From Minisyncoccota bacterium (lineage in GTDB: Bacteria; Patescibacteriota; Minisyncoccia; Phycocordibacterales; JABAAK01): 64,000 bases of DNA. A program made the position numbers and the translations under genes. Positions 56,888 to 64,000 of the stretch are shown here, piece after piece. The number at the start of each line of letters is the position of its first letter. The first letter of the stretch is position 1. The stretch spans positions 7,924-71,923 of the forward strand of contig OZ244939.1 in NCBI GenBank assembly GCA_965222235.1. Direction: 5' to 3'. Below the pieces are notes generated by a model. That model was not told the origin of the DNA. It was given only the letters and a program-made list of their open reading frames with translations, and ran no database searches.

Positions 56888-58027
56888 CTACACTCTCGGT
56901 ATGTGTTTCGGTATCATCGTGACAATTTCTGATTGAGTGGTTCGCGCCTGTTCCGCGATGTCTCGGGGGGTTATGGTCTCTTTTCCGCTTGTTCCGATGA
57001 TGACGGTCTCGTCTCCGGTCCGTATGTCCCGCCCGGCGGAAACATCGACCATGATATTATTCATGCAGACTCTGCCGCGAACGGGGCAGCGTTTGCCCTT
57101 GATGAGAACCTCACCCCGGTTTGACAGTATGCGCGGATATCCGTCGGCGAAGCCGACAGGCAGTGTCGCTATCATACTCTTTTTTCTTGTCCTGTATGTT
57201 CTGCCATACCCGATGCTCGTATGTTGGTCGGTGGTATGCACCTGTATCACCCGTGTTTTCCAGGAAAGGGCGGGCGCAAAAGAATATTGCTTTTCGAATG
57301 CCTTTTGTATTTTTTCGATCGATCCTTTTGTTTGCAGACCGTAGAGGCCGCGGCCGATTCGCGCCATGTTGCCGATGCTGATGCCGAGTGCGGATCCGGG
57401 CGTGTTAAGTATATGTTTATACCGCATGATACAATGCGCCGCTTCCGCCTGAGCGACCGCCTCTTCAAATATTCTGCATTGCTTTTCCGTATATTTGACG
57501 TCTGAATCAGCGGATGAAAGATGGCTGTAGATCCCCTGTATTGTCAGATGCTTGTTTGCGCATACGCCGGCTATTGTTTTTTCATAGTCATCATGGTTGT
57601 TGAATCCCAGCCGGGTCATGCCGGTGTCTATATTCACATGCACCAGTGCTTTTTTCCTGATATTTCGGGCGATGCGGTTCAGTTGCATATATGAGCCCTT
57701 GTCGTATACCGTGAAGGAAATGTTTTCACGGATTGCTTCTATGACCGTCGCGGTGTCAAAGAGGGTGGCGGAAAAGGCGAGGATGGGAGTCCGGATGCCG
57801 TGTTTCCGCAGCTCAAGCGCTTCTTCAAGGAATACAACACCAAAATGGTTGACCTTATGTTCCAGGAGTTTTGCAACGCGGACGGCATCGTGACCGTACG
57901 CATTGCTCTTTACGACCGGCATAATGTCTATAGATTCTCCCAATATGCGTTTGTACACATTAAAATTATGCAGAATCGCCTTGTCTGATATTTCCAGCCA
58001 GGTTCTGAGTTTTCGTTTGTTCAGCAT
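56888..58027 (-). CDS. alr: Alanine racemase
   Basis: VVKSNAYGH (PLP lysine), IDTGMTRLG, YSHLSSAD, IGYG, PVGFADGY and GRVCMN. Confidence 0.93.
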   Translation of the reverse strand: MLNKRKLRTWLEISDKAILHNFNVYKRILGESIDIMPVVKSNAYGHDAVRVAKLLEHKVNHFGVVFLEEALELRKHGIRTPILAFSATLFDTATVIEAIRENISFTVYDKGSYMQLNRIARNIRKKALVHVNIDTGMTRLGFNNHDDYEKTIAGVCANKHLTIQGIYSHLSSADSDVKYTEKQCRIFEEAVAQAEAAHCIMRYKHILNTPGSALGISIGNMARIGRGLYGLQTKGSIEKIQKAFEKQYSFAPALSWKTRVIQVHTTDQHTSIGYGRTYRTRKKSMIATLPVGFADGYPRILSNRGEVLIKGKRCPVRGRVCMNNIMVDVSAGRDIRTGDETVIIGTSGKETITPRDIAEQARTTQSEIVTMIPKHIPRV

Positions 58028-58053
58028 CCTTTTTGCAGTATACACTACCGTAT

Positions 58054-58950
58054 ATGGAGTATACCGTTGATATACATGAAACTATTGAGGATATCATTCT
58101 TAAACACGATCGCCGCGGTATCAGCGTTTTGCGGCCGTACCTGCCGCCGCATTTTTGTTCGCATGCGGCGGAGTATATACTGCAGCAGCATCCCGGGACG
58201 GTGCTCATTACCACCGGTTTTTATATCCCGAAGAGGGGAGCGCCGGAGACGGACGGACCGCCGGGCGCGCTCGCTGTCGGCTCGGCGTTGCGGGCGTTCG
58301 GCCGCGATGTTGTATATCTTGCCGGCGCGCCGCTTTCACATATTATCAGTCATTACCTTACGGAGTGCGGCGATCCGTCCCGGGTGATTGATTATCCGGT
58401 GACGAAAGACGACTTTGAGAACAGTATACTCGTTGAGGAGATTATGCAGGCATGTCGTCCTTCCGTCATCATCTCCGTTGAGCGGTGTTCACCGACCGCA
58501 TCCGACCGTTATCTGACGATGCACGGGGAGGATATATCTGAGTACACACCGGGTATTGATTATTTTTTCATGATTGATTTGCCGAGCGTTGCCGTCGGTG
58601 ACGGCGGAAATGAAATCGGTATGGGTAATCTCGCGGAGGTGATCCGTAGTGCCGCACGCCTTCCGAACGATCCGGCGGCTGTCGGTTGCAATTGTCTCGT
58701 GCTCGCCAGTGTTTCAAACTGGGGCGGTTACGGTGTCGCAGCGGCATTATCGTTAGCAGCCGGACGCAATCTTCTTCCTACGGTTGCGGAGGGGTCCCGG
58801 TGCATATGCCGTATTATTGATGCCGGTGGGGTAGACGGTGTATCCGGCGAACGGAAGTATTTTGTAGACGGTTTTAGTTTGGCGGAAAATGCGCGGGTAC
58901 TCGTCGCATTGCATCAGTATGTGGATAGACATCTATGGGAAGACAGATAG
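58054..58950 (+). CDS. D-glutamate cyclase family protein (DUF4392)
   Basis: ITTGF, ETDGPPGA, SVERC, GDGGNEIGMG, SVSNWGGYG and GVDG. Confidence 0.85.
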   Translation: MEYTVDIHETIEDIILKHDRRGISVLRPYLPPHFCSHAAEYILQQHPGTVLITTGFYIPKRGAPETDGPPGALAVGSALRAFGRDVVYLAGAPLSHIISHYLTECGDPSRVIDYPVTKDDFENSILVEEIMQACRPSVIISVERCSPTASDRYLTMHGEDISEYTPGIDYFFMIDLPSVAVGDGGNEIGMGNLAEVIRSAARLPNDPAAVGCNCLVLASVSNWGGYGVAAALSLAAGRNLLPTVAEGSRCICRIIDAGGVDGVSGERKYFVDGFSLAENARVLVALHQYVDRHLWEDR

Positions 58951-59017
58951 CGATGCAATGGTATATATGGTATGGTAATGTCGCAAAAGGTATATTGTGC
59001 GACATATAAATAACTCA

Positions 59018-59740
59018 CTACTTCGGTTTCATTGCCCCAATTTTACAGGCGCGGGATTGTGTAATATGCAGTCGTTCAATGTATCGTTCCGCTTCGTTGA
59101 CCGAATCAACAATAACAAACAGGCTTTCATCCTCCTTGTTGATAGTGAGAAACTTTTGACACATTGTTGTCTGTATAAAAGAAGCTAACGGCTGCCAAAA
59201 ATCTTTTCCGTACAACAGTATCGGCAGCGGCTCGCTGTGCCCTGTCTGCACCATCGTGAGCATTTCAAATAATTCATCTAATGTTCCGTAGCCTCCCGGG
59301 AAAAATATATATACTTCTGACGCGCATGACAATATCGTCTTTCGTGAGAAGAAATAACGGAATCGTTTTGAATGTTTGAGAAACATATTATTCGCCTGCT
59401 CTTTCGGTATATCTATGGTAATGCCAACCGATTCTCCTTCACTGCGGTGCGCCCCTCTGTTGGCCGCCCGCATGATTCCCCCGCTGCCGCCGGTAATGAC
59501 CGCAAAGCCCTTCCGGGAGAGCCGTATGGCAAGCTCCTCACACTCTTCATAGTATCCGCTCGGCAGTGATTCCCGTGCGGAACCGAAGAAAGATACCGCC
59601 TTCGCAAAATTTGCAATAAACATGAAGCCGGTGAAGAATTCCCAAAAGATACGAAAAGAGGTCAGGAATGATAGTATCGGTCCCGGTTTTGTAAAAATAA
59701 ACTGCCGGGCAGGATTTTTCAGAAAATTTTTTCTGGTCAT
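59018..59740 (-). CDS. LOG family (TIGR00730) nucleotide phosphoribohydrolase
   Basis: FFGSAR, TGG.GGIM.AAN.GA, FRYFFSRK and PGGYGTLDELFE. Confidence 0.9.
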   Translation of the reverse strand: MTRKNFLKNPARQFIFTKPGPILSFLTSFRIFWEFFTGFMFIANFAKAVSFFGSARESLPSGYYEECEELAIRLSRKGFAVITGGSGGIMRAANRGAHRSEGESVGITIDIPKEQANNMFLKHSKRFRYFFSRKTILSCASEVYIFFPGGYGTLDELFEMLTMVQTGHSEPLPILLYGKDFWQPLASFIQTTMCQKFLTINKEDESLFVIVDSVNEAERYIERLHITQSRACKIGAMKPK

Positions 59741-59829
59741 AATATGATGGTTATATATTGACTATTTTTCAATAATATCACCCTTTTTAGTATACCCCAC
59801 ATGAAATCTGCGCTTTGGACATATACACA

Positions 59830-60147
59830 CTACTGACAGGCTTTCGCTATGGTGTACCCCGCATGTTCAGCCGCTCTCGGTGTGGCATACCATATGATAT
59901 TCTTTTTGACGATCCTTGATCCGGCACCACACCACCACGGATAGTACCGTTTACCGTTTTTTGAAGCATACACCCGTTCAGTGTTCCCCGCGTCATAGTC
60001 CAGCGGTTTCAGAGTGATACCGCCTGAAGATTTGTCACTCCAGAAAAGATGGTTCGCCAGCCCTACCAAAAAAAATATCCCCAGTCCGGCCAGAATACCG
60101 GCACTGATTATATACTTCCCCGCTCCGCTGTTGAATATGTCGTTCAT
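59830..60147 (-). CDS. Membrane-anchored protein with an Ada-like metal-binding C-terminal domain
   Basis: TM helix, then [15 protein letters not shown]...RI..KN.IWY....AE.AGY....C. Confidence 0.65.
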   Translation of the reverse strand: MNDIFNSGAGKYIISAGILAGLGIFFLVGLANHLFWSDKSSGGITLKPLDYDAGNTERVYASKNGKRYYPWWCGAGSRIVKKNIIWYATPRAAEHAGYTIAKACQ

Positions 60148-60167
60148 GTCTTGTATACTATCAGCAT

Positions 60168-60449
60168 ATGGCACATAGGAAAGCGGGAGGATCCGCAAAA
60201 AGTCTTCGGGACTCAAATCCCAAGTATCTGGGGGTAAAGCGGACGGACGGTCAGGCGGTCCGGACCGGTTCCATTATTGTCCGTCAGCGCGGACTCCGCA
60301 TCTGTGCCGGTGACGGTGTAGGTGTCGGCAAGGATCATACCCTCTTTGCTCTCAGAGACGGCATTGTTCAATTTATCAAAAAACGAAAAACCACCTTCAC
60401 CGGAGCAACGAAAGAACGATCGTTTGTCTGTATTAAACCCGGGAAATAG
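60168..60449 (+). CDS. rpmA: 50S ribosomal protein L27
   Basis: [28 protein letters not shown] and GKDHTLFA. Confidence 0.96.
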   Translation: MAHRKAGGSAKSLRDSNPKYLGVKRTDGQAVRTGSIIVRQRGLRICAGDGVGVGKDHTLFALRDGIVQFIKKRKTTFTGATKERSFVCIKPGK

Positions 60450-60456
60450 CCGCACA

Positions 60457-60924
60457 ATGCATCAGGTTGTTTTAGCCATCCGTTCTCTTCTTGATACACA
60501 CGGTATTCCGTATACCTTCATGGAGCATGAGCCGGGCATTACCAGCGAGGATATGGTTGCCATACGCAAGGATTTCACTCTTTCGGAGGGTGCCAAGGCG
60601 CTCATACTGATGACCGATCACGGGTTCATACAGGTGGTAGTGCCGGGGGATAAAAAGTTCTCAAATAGTAAGGTGCGCAACATTGCCGATACGAAAGATA
60701 TTCGGTTTGCAACACCCGAAGAATTATCAGAGATAACCGGCGGTGTGCTTCCCGGAGCGGTGCCGCCGTTCGGCACTCTTTTTGATGTGCCGGTATATGC
60801 CGACAGTGGTATTTTTGATAATGAGCGGATTGTCTTCAACTGCGGCGAACGTACAAAGAGTATCGCCATGTCACCTGAAAATTATAGAAACATTGTCCGG
60901 CCGACGGTTGCCGATATAGTGTAA
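60457..60924 (+). CDS. YbaK/aminoacyl-tRNA editing domain protein
   Basis: GAKALI, RFATPEEL, G..PGAVPPFG and FNCG.RT.SI. Confidence 0.88.
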   Translation: MHQVVLAIRSLLDTHGIPYTFMEHEPGITSEDMVAIRKDFTLSEGAKALILMTDHGFIQVVVPGDKKFSNSKVRNIADTKDIRFATPEELSEITGGVLPGAVPPFGTLFDVPVYADSGIFDNERIVFNCGERTKSIAMSPENYRNIVRPTVADIV

Positions 60925-60930
60925 CGACCG

Positions 60931-61965
60931 TTACTCTTCCCCGCCGGCTCCCGCTTCCGGTACTATTTCAATTCCTTTATATTTCTTTATCGCATGCTGT
61001 AATGTCTGTGTGAAAGATATCTGAGCCGCGTAAATGCAGTCATCCCTCCCCTTCCATTCCGCAAGTGCCGGTTCCTGCAGCGCTCTGCCGTATGAAAATG
61101 TCAACGGCGGCCTGAATGTATGCGGCGTATTCGGTTCCTCGGCAATTGCCCGTATCCGCTGTATGTATTCAATGGCGGTATGCGACGGCAGGCCGCCCGA
61201 AAGGAACACAATGCCGTAGAAACTTTTTTCATTGTCAAGCCCGATTTTTTTAAATGCCTCCAGTGTTCGCGCTGCGACGATATCGGCGGGTTTCGCCTCA
61301 CATGCAAGACCGGGGACGGCGAATGATGTTTTTAAAATACAGCGGTGAGGGTTGCAGTCATTGCGCTTCAGTGCGGCAAGAACGGCGGTCACCGTTCGCT
61401 CGAGCATTGATGCCGCTTCATCAATATCGTGATTCCCTTCAAGCAGCACCTCCGGCTCAATAATGGGTATCAGATCATGCTTGAGGGCAGTGTTTGCATA
61501 TGCCGCCATTGTCTCGGCCATTGTTGTCAAAAAGGCCTCCGGGACATCGCGAACCGGAATAACGGAGCGCCATTTAACGAATTCCGCCCCCTGTTTCGCG
61601 TAGGATTTGCATTTCTGGTTCAGGTGTTCCAGTCCTTTTGTGATATACAGGTCTTCAGCGCCGTCATATGCTTCAAGGCCGTCGTCAACCTTAACGCCGA
61701 CGAGTATACCCATTCTCCGTAAATATTCCCGGGTAAGGTGACCGGCTGTTGTATGTTCGGAAAAGGTGTCTTCCGAGAGAATAGCGGCGCTGATAGTTCT
61801 CTCCAGGTTCGGTGTTGAAAACAGCAGTTCCCGATACCGGTTTCGTGCGTCAATGCCGTCTTCAATATTGTATGCCCGCAGTCGCTTATCCATTGATGAC
61901 GGGCGCTCATCCGCGGCCAAAATGCCCTTGTATTCCTGAAAAATTTTTTGCAGCGTTGTCTGCAT
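60931..61965 (-). CDS. Fructose-bisphosphate aldolase class I
   Basis: KGILAADE, GVKVD.G, FVKWR, PIIEPEVL, ILKTS, FLSGG and TFSYGRALQ. Confidence 0.92.
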   Translation of the reverse strand: MQTTLQKIFQEYKGILAADERPSSMDKRLRAYNIEDGIDARNRYRELLFSTPNLERTISAAILSEDTFSEHTTAGHLTREYLRRMGILVGVKVDDGLEAYDGAEDLYITKGLEHLNQKCKSYAKQGAEFVKWRSVIPVRDVPEAFLTTMAETMAAYANTALKHDLIPIIEPEVLLEGNHDIDEAASMLERTVTAVLAALKRNDCNPHRCILKTSFAVPGLACEAKPADIVAARTLEAFKKIGLDNEKSFYGIVFLSGGLPSHTAIEYIQRIRAIAEEPNTPHTFRPPLTFSYGRALQEPALAEWKGRDDCIYAAQISFTQTLQHAIKKYKGIEIVPEAGAGGEE

Positions 61966-61970
61966 ACCGC

Positions 61971-62411
61971 TTATTGTTTCTTTTCCGTGACAATAACAGT
62001 TATATCTTTTTTCATATCACGGCAGGATACCGCAACCGCATGCTCGCCGGTCTGCTTTAGTGCCGCCGATGAGAACCATGCAGCGGGAGCGGCTATTCCC
62101 TGTTCCGCAAGCTGCGCGGCAATTACCGCCCCGTGTATCGCACTAAAAGGTGTTCCCTGTTCATTTACTGGAACTGCTATGGTGAGTGTTTCAGGAAGGG
62201 TGTCAAATATTTGTTTCTCACGATCTTTTTGTTCCGCGCTCCTCTCCATTTTTTCCTGTCGTTGGCGTATGACCTGATTGCCCTGTTCCTCGGTGCTTCC
62301 GACCGCTTTTTTGCGGGGTATGAGGAAATTCATGGCATATCCGTCGCTGACGGTGCATACATCACCGCGAACCCCCAATCCTTTTATATCTTCAAGCAAC
62401 ACGATCTTCAT
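61971..62411 (-). CDS. rplI: 50S ribosomal protein L9
   Basis: MKIVLLEDIKGLG..GD...VSDGYAMNFLIP; diverged C-terminal domain with LKQTGEH. Confidence 0.9.
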   Translation of the reverse strand: MKIVLLEDIKGLGVRGDVCTVSDGYAMNFLIPRKKAVGSTEEQGNQVIRQRQEKMERSAEQKDREKQIFDTLPETLTIAVPVNEQGTPFSAIHGAVIAAQLAEQGIAAPAAWFSSAALKQTGEHAVAVSCRDMKKDITVIVTEKKQ

Positions 62412-62467
62412 GCATGGCATTGTAGCATAGACATGATACCTGTTTCAATTTTCAGGGGTATATACAA

Positions 62468-62502
62468 CAATACACCCCGAATTGGATATTCGGGGTGTAT
62501 TG
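62468..62502. terminator. Perfect 15-bp inverted repeat, likely terminator of the upstream minus-strand gene
   Basis: CAATACACCCCGAAT-TGGAT-ATTCGGGGTGTATTG. Confidence 0.7.
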
Positions 62503-62526
62503 CCGTGGCGATATACAGCGTATGCG

Positions 62527-63372
62527 CTATATTTTCCACTGATCACTTTGCTCATCTTTCTTCCTCTTCCTCCAAAGCAGCGATGTGAAGATGCCGAGCA
62601 GCGTGAGAATGACGATGATAATCACCGCGGTTGAATCCTTAACCATGCCGGATCTCTCATGTTTTTCTCTTGGTGTCAGATACACTTTCTCCGTTGCCTT
62701 TGGCACATCCATACGGCGGCTGTATGCCGCTATATTTCTGTCCTGCTGCACTTCAAGTTCAGTCTGCCGTTTCTTCAGGAGGGCAATCTCAACCTCCAGA
62801 TGCTTCACCTTCCGTCGGATTTCAAAAAGAATCTTCCTCCGCTCTTCACCTTTCTCCTCAGTGATTTTTTCGTGTCGTGCGGAAATATCTTCGGGGCGCT
62901 TTTCATCCATTTTCTGGATTGAAGGGGGATTTTCGCTCACCGGTTCCGCAATTTCATTCAATTGCGGTGCCATGAGACGGTTCTTTTTCACCTTCTGAAC
63001 GCGCTCAGAAGAAGGCGTGCGCTTCTTTGCTTTGAGATACGCTATTTTTTCCTTGACAATCTCTATCTCATTGCGAAGATGCTCAATCCTTTCTTCCCGT
63101 GACACTTCCTGAGGAACGGCAGTCGTTCTTTCGGCGATTTTTCTTTCCAGGTGCTTGATTTCTCTTCGCAGCTGCACTTTCTTTTCTTCTATCCGCTCCC
63201 GTACCGTCGCCATTCGGGCGATTTCATACTGCCTCATTTTTTCAGCAGGATGAACATATCGTGCCGAAGTTATGACCAGATCCGCTGAAGCCGTGGCGGT
63301 GGTGAGAACCATCGCGGCACAGATGACAAACAGAACGGTACACGACTTCATAATGGTATAACCATTGTTCAT
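62527..63372 (-). CDS. Hypothetical exported coiled-coil protein with a C-terminal TM anchor
   Basis: Signal peptide, three short heptad segments (IKHLE, IEHLR, VKHLE), a TM helix and a basic tail. Confidence 0.6.
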   Translation of the reverse strand: MNNGYTIMKSCTVLFVICAAMVLTTATASADLVITSARYVHPAEKMRQYEIARMATVRERIEEKKVQLRREIKHLERKIAERTTAVPQEVSREERIEHLRNEIEIVKEKIAYLKAKKRTPSSERVQKVKKNRLMAPQLNEIAEPVSENPPSIQKMDEKRPEDISARHEKITEEKGEERRKILFEIRRKVKHLEVEIALLKKRQTELEVQQDRNIAAYSRRMDVPKATEKVYLTPREKHERSGMVKDSTAVIIIVILTLLGIFTSLLWRKRKKDEQSDQWKI

Positions 63373-63636
63373 AGTGTTTTTCTTAGATGGATAATTACAG
63401 TTAAAAATAACAAGTCGACTGTAAAGATCGCATATTTATAGAAAGCTCAAAAATACACAACAGACTCTGTTGCCGTTTCTGAGATATATTATATCACACC
63501 GGGTCGCATCTTCATAATCCCAGTCTTGTCTCACGCAAAATGATACTGAACAGGGATCGTGATTCTCCTGAGGATGACCCTGAAAACGGAAAAGAAGGGC
63601 GTGAGCCCTTCTCTCCGGTCGGTAGTATGGAAATGT

Positions 63637-64000
63637 ATGACCATAACCATGCAAACCAACACTATCAATATACAGGACATTACTAACCTTTTGAACGCAT
63701 CAGAGAACAGAGAGATTCGGAGAAAAGACACAAAAGAGGAGATATACCGGTGGATACAGGATACCGTGGTGTCCGTGCGGTACCTGAGACTCGGGAAAAA
63801 GGAGAAAGGAAAGGTGCTCAGGTATCTCACTGTCTACAGTGGGTACAGCACTTCACACATCAAACGACTGGTGCGGCAGTATGCGGAAACAGGGTATGTG
63901 CGAATGAAAGGGAGAACCCAACCGATGTTTCCGGTGATCTACACCGCAGGAGATATCAGGACACTGGCAGAGACTATGGATGCCTACGGGCATCAGAACG
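63637..64000 (+). mobile_element. Partial integrase-core/ISNCY-like transposase, 5' part only
   Basis: Manual translation ...EEIYRWIQDT...YLRLGKKEKGKVLRYL..YSGYS.SHIKRLVRQY..TG......FPVIYT..DI..LA. This N-terminal HTH pattern resembles such transposases; the catalytic core is outside the window. Confidence 0.6.

Overview
The window looks like chromosomal DNA from a Patescibacteria/CPR (Parcubacteria-like) bacterium. This is inferred from the short hinge-less SMC, the Fe-S-free MutY and Nth, a CPR-type pilin, and near-absent Shine-Dalgarno sites with -10 boxes directly before start codons. Bases 1-6.7 kb form a decaying defence island: a C5 DNA methyltransferase, a three-gene ubiquitin-like operon (multi-Ubl, E2-like/E1 ThiF fusion, DUF6527-type Cys-rich protein), an IS30 element, and an N4-type MTase with a truncated MvaI/BcnI-type nuclease. 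Bases 7-27.5 kb encode surface proteins, including two giant adhesin-like proteins (3362 and 2974 aa) built by nested domain insertion. Bases 27.5-64 kb are mostly housekeeping genes (clpB, rpmG, rplY, mutY, rnj, secG, groES/EL, lemA, htpX, nth, truB, secA, obgE, smc, alr, rpmA, aldolase, rplI and three tRNAs), ending in a partial transposase. The strongest unexplained signals are: an intergenic type III hammerhead ribozyme (31005-31059) coupled to an upstream pseudoknot; the Gly-less Ubl operon; a ~135-aa cassette inserted four times into one giant protein; a Russian-doll FG-GAP insertion in the other; a catalytically dead tandem RNase J paralogue; a protamine-like protein near smc and a SET methyltransferase; and a ~400-nt structured intergenic RNA candidate. 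All calls come from motifs read by eye; no searches were run.
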